Assembly (NCBI RefSeq): GCF_009914755.1
Contig: NC_060926.1
Reading direction: 5' to 3' (one strand)
Source: the human T2T-CHM13v2.0 reference genome, Homo sapiens
DNA: 64,000 bases
The position numbers were made by a program, and so were the translations under genes. This document shows, one piece after another, positions 20,580 through 50,136 of this stretch. The notes beneath the pieces were generated by a model. The model was not told the origin of the DNA. It saw nothing but the letters and a program-made list of their open reading frames with translations, and searched no databases. How positions within the stretch are numbered: the stretch's first letter is position 1; each line of letters starts with the position of its first letter.

Positions 20580-22654
20580 GAAAAGCTCTATTTCTTGTTC
20601 AAGTCGCAGTCCATTGTGGGTTCATAAGGGATGAGAGGCTTCTGCTCCAGGCTGTCATTCAGGGACCAAAACTGCTTTTATCTCTTTGCCTTGGAATCTG
20701 CTGTGGGAACTTATACAACCTGCTGGAAGAAAAGACAGTGAAGACACCCATCCTCAGCTCTGGAGTGGCGCTCCCCTTCCAGTGGTGAGGGCTAATCATG
20801 TGGCCTGGGCTCAGTGCTTGAGGTCTGGGAAGTATCGTCTGAACCCAGGAAGAAATGGCCCTCGCTTCAGCTGCTGATAACAGGCCGTAGTTAATGACAG
20901 ATCATGATCATCAAGTATCGCCAATTCTCGGTGGAAGTTGGGTTTGTATTTACTTTGTACAGTTTTTACTGATTAATAAAGCCAGTGGTTGCAAATTACA
21001 AGCAAATTGTTAGTTCACACAACACAAATGTCATTTGGTCACTGATATTTTCGTTGCTGTTAAATCGTTTCTTTCCCCACTTACCAACTGTTGTGGATGG
21101 GCCTAGAGAAGATATTCACCCTTTCCAGCAAGGAATATAGTTCCTCCATCCATTTGTCCTTTATTACATTACAGTCATGCTGAGGATGACTGCGTTATTG
21201 CCCCTGGTTGTCCTGCTCCCCCTTCCCTGTGAGCGGCCTATAAGTTCCTGCCTGGTGCTGAGAGCCTGCCCATGCCATCTTGCCCACCGGAGGAACAGAG
21301 TCCAAGCCTAGCGGGTGGTGTGCCATGCCTGGGGGAAGGGGGTGTGAGTGTGTCATGTTTGAGCAGGTGCTGTAGGAAGCAGAGGGGGCTTCTCCAGCCT
21401 TCTCATCCTTTTCACCACTGCAGGAGCTGTCCCTCCTCTGTGGTCCCAGATAAGACTCATGGGGCAGAGCCTTCACAGCTGCCCCTCAGGGGCTCCATGT
21501 CACGGAAGGCAGGGGGAGCATTGTTTGCCGTACAGTAAAGCTGACCAGGATGAGCTGCCGCTGGGTGCTGTGCCAGGTGAGGGGGCACAGCAGTCAGCGA
21601 GACCATACTTGGGGAGGGGGACAGTGCTCCCACTGCCCAGGCCTCACCAGAGCAAGGGGTCCAGATAACACCACACCACGTGGGGTCCCAGGGTCGGGGC
21701 TTGCCCTTCTGAGCCTTTTCATGTCTGTGAATGGCTGGAGGGAAGGGGGTGATACCAAGCCCACAGGGCTGGTAGAGGACTAAGTGACCTGAGTGTGCAG
21801 GAAGGCCGAGCACGGTGCTGGGCACACTGAGTCCTCTGCAGATTTGACCCTCTGTTCCTCTTTTCCTGAGCTTCTCTTCTGTTATTTGTAAAACTGGGTG
21901 ACAGTTCGTGTCTCCATTGCCCTCAAAGGTGAGACCACTCACTTCTTGTTCTCATGGCCAAGGAAGGCCCTGCCACGCCTGAGCTTTGCAGGTGGGAAGG
22001 GCTTCCTCTGCCCCTCCAGGGAATGTAAACATGGAGTCTTGGCATTTCTGTGTTCCCCGGACCTTTTATTAGTCTTTGCATAATCCCCCACTTTTACTCT
22101 TCTTGCAGAACTTTCTCCCTTCAACCACTAACCTAAGCTGGTGGAGGTGGGGGTAATGAGGCATGGTGGCAGTGATGCCTGGCCTGAGCCATCACCGGGC
22201 ATTTACCAGCTGCATGCTCTGGGGGGCGGCTCGCCGCTGCGTTTCCCCTTTTGTTTACGACAGGTACAGTAGGAGCACCCTGAAGGACTGTGATGTGCAT
22301 TCACTGAGTCAGCACAGATGGGAGGCATGGAGAGTGGTGCTGGGAACCTTTGTAACTACTGACAATAAATGTTTCTTATGATGCAGGCTTACAGATGAGG
22401 GACAGATGTGGTGTACCCTGAGGCACCTGGGTAGGCCTGAGGTCCTGCCTGGCTTGGTGGCTGGCTCTGGGACCTGTGGGACCCCAGCAGGCAGGGAGGA
22501 GGCAGTGTGGGCTGGGCTGGGGCAGAGGCTACTCTGCCACCTTGCTCTCATTTTACCTGGTATTGGGGGCACAAGTTGGCCACCTTGCCAAGGTCTTGGG
22601 AATCCTGAGGTCCAAACTCCAGTGGACAGGAGCAGGTTAGAAATGCATATTCCT

Positions 22655-22927
22655 GGTCGGGCGCAGTGGCTCACAGCTGTAATCCCAGCATTTTAGAAGG
22701 CCGAGGTGGGCGGATCACAAGGTCAGGAGACAGAGACCATCCTGGCTAACACAGTCAAACCCCGTCTCTACTAAAACTACAAAAAATTAGCCGGGCACGG
22801 TGGTGGGCGCCTGTAGTCCCAGCTACTCAACGAGGCTGAGGCAGGAGAATGGCGTGAACCTGGGAGGCGGAGTTTGCAGTGAGCTGAGATTGCGCCACTA
22901 CAGCCTGGGCGATAGAGCAAGACTCCA

Positions 22928-22958
<31 letters not shown>
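22655..22958 (+). mobile_element. AluY-like element with a perfect 16-bp TSD
   Basis: agaaatgcatattcct at 22639-22654 and 22959-22974; long pure poly-A. Confidence 0.95.
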
Positions 22959-22961
<3 letters not shown>

Positions 22962-23859
22962 AATGCATATTCCTGGGACTTAAAGCCACAACGTCCTGAG
23001 GGGGTCTCGGGTGGCCCGACTCTGCATTTCCACCTGCCCTCAGGTGATTCTGTGCAGCCTTGACTCCCCTGGTCTTGGCCTCCAAGGCCTGCCCTTTCTG
23101 AGGCCTCTGCCTTCCTCTCTCCTCTCCCTCCCTGCTCAACTCACTGATGTCCACTGAGCTGCTGGACAGGCGTCCCCTCCTCTAGGAGGCCTCCTGGCCT
23201 TCCCTCCAGCTCAGCACGATGCTGAGGAGCGACACTGGACAGTACGGCCTCCTCCCCTCCTGTGGTGCTGCTGAGCCCAGGGACAGTCACTGGCCAGTGG
23301 GAGGCAGGAAGGGGCCCAGCACTGGCTTTGCATGGCTCTCTGGGCGTGCCCCTGCCTGGGAAGTGGGAATCAGGTGAGAGGCACCTCCTCCTGGGCCCCA
23401 GGAGAGCTGGCAGCTCCATCAGACCCTCCACTGCTATGTCATCAGAATGACATTTCTCAAACAGGGTCACCTCCAAAGGGCAGTGAGCTAGGTGCTCCTA
23501 GGTAGCACCCCAGGCAGGCCCTGCCCAGTTCTTTCACTAACCTGTCAGAGGCCAGGTGAGCAGCTTGTGTGTTCCTGGTTCAGTCCCCTGGCAGGCGTGC
23601 TAGGCAGGGCCCATTCTCAGGAGCCGTCTTGCCTACCTGGTGCAGACACACCCAGGCTATGACCTGCTCAACAGATGTGCAGCAGGGACCCCTAGGGAGG
23701 ACTCTGGGGCTGCACTGAATTCAAATCTTTATCACTTCTGTGGGCATGGATGTGGATAGCGTGGGAACGTGGCCTCTCTAGCCTCAGTGGCCTCCTTTAT
23801 AAGGAAGGTATAGTAATAACAGTACCACCCAGTAGGCACCCAGTAGGAGCAGAGACATC

Positions 23860-24025
23860 CCTCCATTCCTTTCCCAGACCCATGGCTTGGTCCCAGACCA
23901 GCAGCACAGCAGCCTCTGGGAGCCTCTTAGAAATGCTGATTTTCCAGCAGTTCTGGATCTCCCAAGTCAGTGACAGCCCTCAGGGTGATGCCATTACAGG
24001 TTCAAATTTGAGGACCACTGGTCTA
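23860..24025. mobile_element. MER5A-like hAT-Charlie MITE fragment
   Basis: tggtcccagaccagcagc...ttagaaatgc...aaatttgaggaccactggtcta resembles MER5A. Confidence 0.6.
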
Positions 24026-24128
24026 GAATGGACTCCCTCTCTCCCACTCCCCCTTTCTCTCTCCCCCTTCCTGCGCTCACTCCTGCTCAACGGCACTTCC
24101 TCTGTGCAGCTGCTAGTTCTGAGGGCTG

Positions 24129-24142
24129 CCACCAGGTGTCAG
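24129..24142 (+). promoter_or_regulatory. Candidate CTCF site CCACCAGGTGTCAG
   Basis: One mismatch to the CTCF core CCACCAGGTGGCAG; motif match only. Confidence 0.4.
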
Positions 24143-24499
24143 GGCAGCCTCAGGAATGTTCCGGCTGCCACACCTCCCTCGCCAGCCTGGCCCCTGCTAC
24201 ATCTCAGGAGAGGTCCTGAGAGGGTAAAGGGCTTCTGAGCTTCTCACAGGATGAATGCTTCCCTGTGCTTTTCTGACTGCTCAGGGTGAGTCATCTGGGC
24301 CCGAAGGTGGCAGATATGTCAGCGTCCTGTGTGGTGGGGACAGGGACAGCCCCACAGCACCTAGTGGGATGTTGTGAGATTTGCGGGGCACGCCCAACTC
24401 CTCCTCTACTACTGCCGAGTCCTCACTGTCTTATTCTGCCCTAGGAGGCTTCTCCAACCACCCTGCTCTGTCCCCATTGTGACTCCTGGCCACGGCCTC

Positions 24500-25740
24500 T
24501 GACCCTCCACCCAGTCCCGTCGTCACGGTGGGGCCTCCGAAGGCCTGTCCTGCTGTGCCAATGCTGAGGCCGACTTTGGGCTATTGGTCCAGGCCCTGCC
24601 CGGCCCTGTAACTACACGTCCCTAACCGCCACCACAGGCTTGGTGGACCAAAAGCCTCCTACTGAACACAGCCCAGCAGGCTTTGCCCACAGTCCCCTCC
24701 CAGCTTGCCCACTCCAGCTCCCCTGAGTTCAAGGCCAGCCCACACCCCCGGACGCACTGGACACCCTCCCGGGCGCCGGTGGAGGAGGCTGAGTAGGGCA
24801 GGCAAGGTCTCTGCCTGCAGCCACACCAACCCAGCCGCTATCCTCCCAGCGGGGCTGGGCAGAGCATCGGGAGGACTGCCCGGGTCGCGGAAGGGCGTGC
24901 GCTGGATTCCAGGCGAGGAGCTGCTGTGCGAGGCCCGCAGGCGGGCTCAGGCGGGAGTGGCTATGGGCCGTGGGCTGCGAGGGCAGAGAACTTTGGAAAG
25001 CGATTTGGGGATGGCAGCTGTGTGGCCACACCGCGGGAGCCCTTGAGATGGCTGGCTGCAGGGCGGCTATCGGGTGGGGGGAAGTGATTTCTGGCAGAGC
25101 TCCTGGGCCTTGTGCGGGGGTGCTCGTAGGTGATGCTGTGGGGCAGAGACTTAGGAGTGTGGTTGTGAAGGGCGAGATTTCTGCTGAACATCCGAGTGGG
25201 AATGTCCGGAGGTCAGTTCAGAGGCCTGGGCACAGTAGCAACAGAGGGCGCGGGGGCAAGGCGGGTTGGGCACGTGGAGGGCATCGGTGTCCCTGCCACG
25301 TTTCAGTGGAAAGCCGAGTGAACTGGAGTTGGGGATGGGGGAGGCCGTGAGTCCAGTTCCCTGCACCTTCTGGAGCCTCCCTCCCCAGACCCCTCCTGAC
25401 AGGGGCTGGGCCTCTCCCAGGGGGCCTCGCGCAGCTCCGGCCCTGAGCATAGGCGCGGTGGAGGCTGAGGGTCCAGCCCCTCGAGGTCCGCGCCCGCTAC
25501 TTCCGCTCTCTGCGGGGCTGTCCTTCCCTCATCGGTGTCCGCTGCGGCCCTGCGGCCGGCCCGGCAGCACGAGGGAGCCAGGGGGCACGGTCCTGCCCTC
25601 AGGAGGCTCCACGTGGACACTGCGCAGCTGGCCTTGAGGCACGCGCGTGCGTGTTCATGTGTGCGTGCGTGCATGTGCGTGCTTGTTCATGTGTGCGTGC
25701 GTGTGCGCGTGCGCGCGCTCTTTGCCCCCACACCGTCACT
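24500..25740. promoter_or_regulatory. GC/CpG-rich intergenic segment, possible regulatory element
   Basis: Visibly elevated GC and CpG outside repeats; observed/expected CpG not computed. Confidence 0.4.
25639..25718. repeat. Alternating purine-pyrimidine (TG/CG)n tract
   Basis: Mixed GT/GC dinucleotide repeat; 31 nt of unbroken alternation at 25688-25718. Confidence 0.9.
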
Positions 25741-28329
25741 CCTGCACCCTGCATCTAATGTCCAGAGAGGTGATTATCATCTCCACTCCCAATTCACACC
25801 TGGCCCTGAGTCAGCTACATGAGTGGTCCAGGCCTGGCTGTCCTGGGTCTTGTGTGCCACGTGGCACAACACCGGGTCTGTAAGAGAAGCCGTGCCACCA
25901 GCCTTGGGAGGCAGCGCCCTGCTGGGTGGGGTCTCCAGAGGAGAGCTCCAGAGAGAGAAAGGCCGAGCTGCCTCCACCTCCCCCAAAATCCTCCCTGAAC
26001 CTCAGCAATCACGTCTGTAAATGGGACAATGACAGCGTCAGCCTTAGAGAGTTGCTGGAGTGAGGAACGAACACACACGGGACCACTTAGAAGACTGTTG
26101 GGCGCAGAGCTCTCAGGGCTGCTCTGAGGACCACGTTTACAGATGAGGACTCAGAGCGGGAGATGCCAGTACAGCAGGGGCTCTCAGCCACCCTCTCCCA
26201 GAGGCAGGTCCCAACGGACCTTGGTGCCAGCTTGGACGCTACGCTCAGCAGTTGTGGAGTTGATTAATAACATTCTGTCCCACATTCGCGGATTGGAAAG
26301 TAATGCCTGATTAAGACCCTAAGCATGTCACTTGTGGCAAACACTCAGGCTATCTTCGAGGGGGCAGCATTGACTTCAGGGCTGAAGGCTTGGCTGGTTT
26401 TCCTGGGACACACCTTGAAGGCAGCAGAAGCCCTGCTACCATGAAACAGGAAAGGCCAAGGAGTTTGTGCTGGTCCTCAGGCCCTCAGCCCCTAGGAGGC
26501 TGGAGGTGGAGACTGGCCCTTAGGCGGTGGCACCATGCCTGAGCATGAGGGGACACCTGGGGCACCCTGTGAGGTGGGGGCAGAAGGGTGGAAGGCTGCG
26601 GGGAGGTGGGGGTGGACCGGCTGCAGACAGAAGAGCTACACTTTCAGTTTCTGTTTCCTCCAAATTACTGATCAAACCCCCTGGGGTGCTGTGGCCGCAC
26701 CATGCTCCAAGCCCTGTCCTGGAGGGTTTCCTTCAGTGGGCCTGGGCCATGGGTTTCAGCAGAATGTGAGGATGAGCTGAGCTAGGAGTGGGTGTGGGCA
26801 CCAGGCTGGCCTTGTTCTGCCATGTGCACCGGCCGTTCTCTCTCAGCAGCCCCAGGCCACACAGCAGGGACGGCAGGAGCGGGGTTTTCTGAGGCCGGTG
26901 TAACTCCAGAGCCTGCCCTCCTCACCTCATGCAGCCGGTGGACATGAGGCCAGCCCTCTGCTGGCCAGGCCCGGGCCTGCTGGATGGGCACAGCACCCCT
27001 GGGGAGGTTGGGGGTGGGGACATTCATTCACTTTAGCCATGGAAGGGAGACCTGCCTTAGCGGTCCTTGTGTTGTGTGGAGGCTGTGACCAAAAGTAAAG
27101 TGAGGGCCTCTTTGTGCAGGGTCTTAGGGCATTCTGCATTCATTCATTCCCTTAGTCCCTCATCAAACATGCCCTGAGCAACTAACTGCTCCACACCTGG
27201 TCCTGGGCTGGGCATGGCCAGGCTCTAGGAGCTTGTCTGGTAGCTGTGCATGAGTCAGAAAATGGAGCCCCTTCCTCTAGTGAATCTCCTTGTGCCGGGT
27301 GATGGGCTGGAAGCAGAGTGCACCTGGACTGACCCCATCCCCGCTGGACCTCTGCCAGGCATTTTTGCTCCCTAAACAACGCCACAGCCACATGAGGCAC
27401 CGCGGGCAGTCGGGCCTCCTATAGCCAGGCCCTTGGCTGTGGCCTGTCATCTAGGGGCTGTCCCATCCCCTAGTAGGATCCACACTTAGGGACTCTGCTC
27501 CATCGTGCTCAGGAGCTCCCACCACCACGTGGCCCAGCCGCCCACACCTCCACCTGTGCTCCATTCTTTCCACCTCCTTTATCAACCCCCTGCCCACCTA
27601 TTGCTTGTGGTTAAGCCCTGCCCTCTTCCTGGCCACATGATGTGCCTGCTCTTGGCCACCCCATGGGCTCCTTGGTGACTGTGCCAGTTCAGTGCCCCTC
27701 CTGGATCTCCTGGCCCAGGAACTCCCCATTGAATGTGCCTTCACAGCTTTCCGTCAGTCCAGCCTTGCTCTGCTCAGGGATTGTGAATGCAGAGATCTGG
27801 GCCAGTTTTGAGGGTGTAGTGTGGTGGACACCTCCCACACTGCCATCTATCGGGAGGGCAGCTTGACAGTATGTATTGAAATCCTTAAAAATGTGCATAC
27901 TCTGACCATGTCCTTATGGGTATCCATCTCAAAAAAGATAACCCCAAAAGGGAAAAATGTCTCCTACACAAAGTTGCTCATCATGCATACCTAGCTGAAA
28001 ATTGTTAACATCTTAAATGTCCAATAATGGGAATAAAGTAAATCATGGCACAAAGAATCATTTCAGAACTAATGGAAGTAAATGAAGACCATGAAGATCA
28101 TAACGGCTGAGTGAAAAACAATCAGGTGAGTGGTGCTATGCATATTAGCATAAGGAGCTGAATGCTCCCCGGGGAAGCTCCAAGAAGGATGCGGCACTGC
28201 TCACACTGTGATCGCTCACCTCCACAGCTGTAAATAGTAAATAAATGTGTTGTTTTAAGGCACTACATTTGTGATAATTTGCCACAGCAGTAACAGGGAA
28301 CTAATGCATTAGGTAAGAGTCAATTTATT

Positions 28330-36660
<8,331 letters not shown>

Positions 36661-36724
36661 ATTTCTCTTTCATCCCCCACTCCAGCTTTATTGAGGTATC
36701 ACTGACAGATAAACATTTTCCATA

Positions 36725-41790
<5,066 letters not shown>

Positions 41791-41792
41791 TA

Positions 41793-41927
41793 TTTAAGGC
41801 ACCATTGATTACCACAATCAAGCTAATTATGATATCCATCACCTCACACACTTACCTTTATTTTTGGTGTGTGTGTGTGGTGAGAATACTTAAGATGTAC
41901 TCTCTTAACAAATCTCAAATATACGAA

Positions 41928-41961
<34 letters not shown>

Positions 41962-42780
41962 GTATATACTATATATACATACAGGCACCCACCACCACGC
42001 CCGGCTAATTTTTTGTATTTTTTCTAGTAGAGATGGGGTTTCACCGCATTAGCCAGGATGGTCTCGATCTCCTGACCTCGTGATCTGCCCCGCCTCGGCC
42101 TCCCAAAGTGCTGGGATTACAGGCGTGAGCCACCGCACCCGGCCCCCCTTTTTTTTTTTTGAGAGGATGTCTCGCTCTGTTGCCCAGGCTGGAGTGCAGC
42201 AGTGCAATCTTGGCTCACTGCAAGCTCTGCCCCCAGGTTCACGCTATTCTCCTGCCTCAGCCTCCCGAGTAGCTGGGACTACAGACACCTGCCACCACGC
42301 CCAGCTATTTTTTTTTTTTTTTTGTATTTTTAGTAGAGACGGGGTTTTACTGTGTTAGCCAGGATGGTCTCGATCTCCTGACCTTGTGATCCGCCCACCT
42401 CAGCCTCCCAAAGTGGTGGGATGTATACGATATATTTTTATTAACTATAGTCATTTGCTCTACCTTAGATCTCTAGAACTTATAGCTGAAAGTTTCTACC
42501 CTTAGACTAACAACTTCCCACTTCCCCCACTCCCTGCCCTCTGGTAACCACCCTTCCACTCTGTTTCTATGAATTCTACTTTTTCAGATTCCACAGAGAA
42601 GTGAGATCACATGATATTTGTCTTTCTGTGTCTGATTTATTTCACTTAGCAAATGTCCTCCAGGTTCATCCACATTGTCATAAATGGCAGGATTTCCTTC
42701 TTTTGAAAGTTGAATAGTATTCCATTGCATATATATACCACATTTTATTCATCCATCTGTAGACAGTTTGCTTCCATATA
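41793..42780 (-). mobile_element. L1MA-like 3' end that hosts the Tigger1 (other piece at ~36681-36722), interrupted by (TA)n and two partial Alus (41928-42420)
   Basis: cagctttattgaggtat...TA[Tigger1]TAtttaagg...accacaatcaagctaatt continuity across the transposon. Confidence 0.8.
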
Positions 42781-42797
42781 TGTATTTTTTTTTTTGA

Positions 42798-42956
<159 letters not shown>

Positions 42957-43076
42957 TAGTAGAGATGGCATTTTCTCCATGTTGGTCAGGCTGGTCTCGA
43001 ACTCCCGATCTCAGGTGATCTGCCCGCCTCGGCCTCCCAAAGGGCTGGGATTACAGGCGTGAGCCACTGCGCCTGG

Positions 43077-45588
<2,512 letters not shown>

Positions 45589-45779
45589 TACATGAGACTT
45601 CTCTGCATTATTTCTTTTTTTTCTTTGTGGAGATGGGGTCTCTCTGTCATCCAGGCTGGAATGCAGTGGCACCATCACAGCTCACTGCATCTTTCAACTC
45701 CTGGGCTTCAAGGGATCCTCCTGCCTCAGCCTCCCAAGTAACTGGAATCACAGCATGGGCCACCACACTGCGCCCAGCC

Positions 45780-46225
45780 TGTCTTTTCATTCTTAACAGT
45801 GTCTCTGGCACAGCAGACATGTTTCACTTTAATGAAGTCCATCTTGTCCATTTTTTCTTTTGTAGATGGTGTTTTTGTGTTGCATCTAGAAACTCATTGC
45901 CAAACCCAAGGTCACCTAGATTTTCTCCTGTGTTATTAAACTTACAGAAGTTTGCTAGTTTTGTGTTACATTTAGGTCTATGATCTGTATTGTGTTAATT
46001 GTTGGGAAAGGTGTAAGGTCAGTGGCTATATTCATTATTCCACATGTGGATGTCTAGTTGTTTCCAGCACCATTTGTTGTAAAGACAATCTTTTCTCCAT
46101 TAAGTTGCATTTGCTCCTCTGTCAAAGATGAGCGGACTCTATTTGTATGGGTCTATTTCTGGGGTGCTTATTCTGTTCCACTGATCTATTTACCTATTCT
46201 TTTTCCAATACTTCACTGTCTTAAT
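45780..46225 (-). mobile_element. L1M ORF2/3' fragment
   Basis: ttgccaaacccaaggtcacctagattttctcctg ... ctagttgtttccagcaccatttgtt. Confidence 0.75.
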
Positions 46226-46945
46226 ACATACAGAAGACAACATATACAAAGTAGGAAGTCAACTACAAATGAGAACAAAGTTCTTGTATTTTTCCCCCAA
46301 AGTATTTTAACCAAACATTTTGCAAAAAATCAAAATGCAGAAATGTAAGAATGTCAACAAATTTGCTCAACTATAACAGAAAAAGAAAGCTTACAAGAGA
46401 ATGTAGAGCTCAGAGTTTCTATTTACTGTTCGTTAGATAAATGGTTTAAATGAACTGAAAATCCTGAAAAACTGCTCAAATTATAAAGAATCTATGAAAT
46501 ACTACGGAAGCATTTTCTAACCTGTTTCTGAAACCTCTGAAAAAAACTCATCATGTATCAATACAAGCTAACTTGCTTTACAGAAATAAAAGGAAAACTA
46601 TATATTTCATTACCTGTGTACATGTGTCTTTCACATACTTGTAACTCAGAAAACCATGCTTTCACAAATATAATAATAGAAATACGATAATATTAGCAAT
46701 CATAACATTCGTGAAACTATAAAGAACAAACTGGCCAGATGCTCTCTCTTACACCCTAGAACCCAGGTTCTGGTCAGGGCTTCTCTTGGTTGTATGAACT
46801 CACCTCATGGAACTGTCGTAAGACTCAAAAGAGATAGTGTAAACAAAAGCATCTTGAAAACTGTATTAGCCTGTAGATATGTGGTTCATGTACATCCAGG
46901 CACTTTAACGGCTGACAGCTGCCCTGGCAGAACCGCTTCTCTCGA

Positions 46946-49055
46946 TTTTTTTTTTTTTTTTTTTACAGGGAAACTAAAGAATTCTTTTATTCTGTTAAAC
47001 AGAATAAAAAGGAAAAAAGAATACAGACATCACAGTGATGAACTTTCACAAAGCTAATAGATTTGAACTACAGAGCAATGGAATATTTATAAGCAAGTTG
47101 TCATGGTATTAATGACCAAATGGCATCCAACTAGGTTTTCTAAGCTCAAAAACATTTAAAATCTCAGACTTAAAATTTAAATCTAGACACGACAATTGTA
47201 AGCACACCACTCAGTCATTTAAAACTATTCAGTGAGTGCTACTCCTGCGTAAATATTTTTTTCTTCTCATTTTTTTTCTCCCAAGATTTAGAATGTCACA
47301 TCTCATGTTCCTACTAGTAATCGCACACAGGATTAAAAGCCCAACCAACCAAGAAAGTATTCTTTTTATAATGTGTTCTTAAAAGAAGAAAGAAAAATTA
47401 AATGTGAACATTTTGTACAACAGTTGCTGAAGAAGAGCAACACCAATTCTGAAATATCATGTGGACTATACAAAAAGGCATGGCTCATGGAACCAAGTAT
47501 ATAACGCTACAGCATTTGAACATCAGTCTCTAAAAGTTGGTGATATTACATCCTGTACACAGCTCTGTGTCTCTCTACCCGGCTAGTGCATGCCCAGGAT
47601 CTGGCTGCTTTTTAGTTGATAATTTTTCTCAATATCTGACAGGGCTTGAGCCCGCAGCTGGGCAGCATGAAGCATGAAGCAAGGACCTTCAGGTCCTTGC
47701 ACTTGGACTTAGATGTGAGCTGACTCTCAGAATTCTCACTCCTCATGACATTCTCTTTACTTTCCCCACTGAAATGACCTTTCTTCTTAATTACTGAGGA
47801 TGGAAGACTAAGAAGTTCTGGACTACTTGCCAGAGACAGGAACTTCTTTAGCAAGCTGTAATTCTTCAACAGATTTTCTGCTCTAGCCAGTCTGTCCTCT
47901 GCTAGTCTCTCACGGACACAAAACTCCTGTTCTTTCTGCTCCAATCTTTCTTCTCTTGCTTTGAGAGCTCGCTCTCGCTCCTCTAACTGAATTTCCTTTA
48001 GTTTCAGCTCACTCAATACAGGGCTGGAATCCTGCAATTTTTCTGGCTCTCCTAATTGTCGCCCTCTTCTCTCAAGATTTCTTCTTCGTTCTTCTGCAAC
48101 CAAATCTGCTATTAAAGGGTTCTCGAGAATTTCTTCAACAGAAGGTCGATGGTAATCCTTTAACATCCTCATAATAATTTCATTCAATTCGTCAGAGTCA
48201 CGGTATAGAATTTGCCTGAATTTGCCTTCTCTGATTTTCCCAGCAAGTTCTTTCTGGCTAAAAGCTGTAAATGGAGGCATTAATGCACCTAACTCATACA
48301 GCAAACGGCCCAATGACCAGATATCTGGTTTCTCATTGTAGGACATGTGATTCGTTTGTTCAGGAGACATGTAATAAGGTGTGCCAACAAATGTTTTTGC
48401 AAAACTCGTGTCGTGGTTTAATATTCTGGCTAGCCCCAAATCTCCAAGCTTGACGTTTTGCTTGCCATCCAGGAAAACACTGGCTGGTTTCAGATCCCGA
48501 CGCACTACAGTATGATCACCATCACTTCGTCTGTGGCATTACTTCAGGGCCAGAGTCAACTGAGTCGTCACTCGAAGAACAAACTCTTCATCTAAGTATT
48601 GCCTTTCCTTGGTTCCCTTTGTAATTACACTAGCCAGGTCTCCTTCTTCACAATATTCCATTACAATGTACAGTGTTGTGTTGGTCCGGTCAATAATACG
48701 ATCATAGTAATGAACGATGTTTGGATTTTTCAGTTCACAAAGCAAATTCACTTCAGAAACAAGCATCTGTTTCTCAGCTTCTGTCATGGAGCCATAATGA
48801 AGTTCTTTCCAAACTAGTATCTTGCCGTCACTCTTCCTCTGGATCTTCTGGCAGCGGCCACAGGAGCCTGTGCCAATGGTGTACAACACTTCATAGTTCT
48901 CAGCCCGGGACGGCATGGCCAGCCAGTCGCCAGAGTCGCGCTGCCTCATGCAAGTTGTGCCCCCAAGTGCAGAGCTCCAGGGACCGGGAGCTCCAGGGAC
49001 CTGGACGGAGAAGCCCCCGAGCAGCACTGACCTGCCACCCCTGCCTTCGGCCCTG
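46946..49055 (-). pseudogene. NEK2P: Processed (retrotransposed) NEK2 pseudogene, NEK2A-type mRNA with 5'UTR, CDS remnant 47583-48916, 3'UTR and poly-A
   Basis: Intronless MPSRAENYEVLYTIGTGS...; TAA at 48539-48541; HRD->RRD, DFG->DLG; C-terminal frameshifts; AATAAA (-) at 46986-46991; poly-T 46946-46964; TSD tctctcgatt at 46938-46947 and 49060-49069. Confidence 0.97.
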
Positions 49056-49813
49056 TTTCTCTCTCGATTCTTAACTTATATTTCCAAGTCCAGTTCAAAA
49101 GTTGTATTCTTGGAAGCCTCCGCATCCCACCTGTCCATCCAGGCAGAACTAATCCATCTACACTCTAGCATTATGCTCTCATAACTCTTGGCTCTTCACC
49201 AATTCATTCAAGGGTGTAATGAGCATTTAAAATATGTCAGGCATCAGGCTATGCACTGGAGAAAAAAATCCTAAATGTGTAAAACTTCCAAAGTTTTCTC
49301 ACACACATTATCTCATTTCATACTTTAAAAAAATATCCCATAGGATGATAATTTTTTGTTAACAATTTCTCCAACCAGAATGAATTCCCAGGGGGTAGAA
49401 ACTAAGTGTGATTCATCCTTGACTCCCCAGAGTCTAGTGCAGTGCCTAGCACACCGAAGACACTCATTAAATGCTTGATAAAGGAGTAACAGACACTTGT
49501 TTAATTACTAAAATATCAATCAGGGTTAACACTGAAATAATCTTTCCACAAAGTTTCCATAGGGGAAAGGGGAAAATACATTATATGAACACATCTGTGG
49601 AGCGAAAATTCCTCCCTATGACAGAGCATCTCCAACTCAAGTTTAACTGTTTAACAAAGCCATGTAGCAACTGAAGATGGATTTGATTTCACTATTAGAG
49701 TAATAAGCTCTAACTGAAAAACAGTGAGTTCTGCACAAAAGCTCCTATGCAGATCATTCTGCTTGGCAAAACTGGACGTTATTGCACAAACATTAAAATA
49801 AACATTTAAACTT

Positions 49814-50136
<323 letters not shown>

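Noticed and set aside
21195-27898. Dense overlapping Pro/Gly/Arg-rich ORFs on both strands
   Set aside because: Expected from high GC content; no recognisable domain or consistent exon structure
41928-41980. (TA)n-rich microsatellite next to a partial Alu
   Set aside because: Ordinary simple repeat
46500-46680. Splice-donor-like motifs on the - strand (CAG|GTAATG, CAG|GTTAGA) in AT-rich unique DNA
   Set aside because: No peptide I can recognise; such motifs occur by chance
47612-48505. 297-aa kinase-like ORF as a functional gene
   Set aside because: Second half of the NEK2 retrocopy after a premature stop; lacks the N-lobe, catalytic motifs mutated, C-terminus frameshifted
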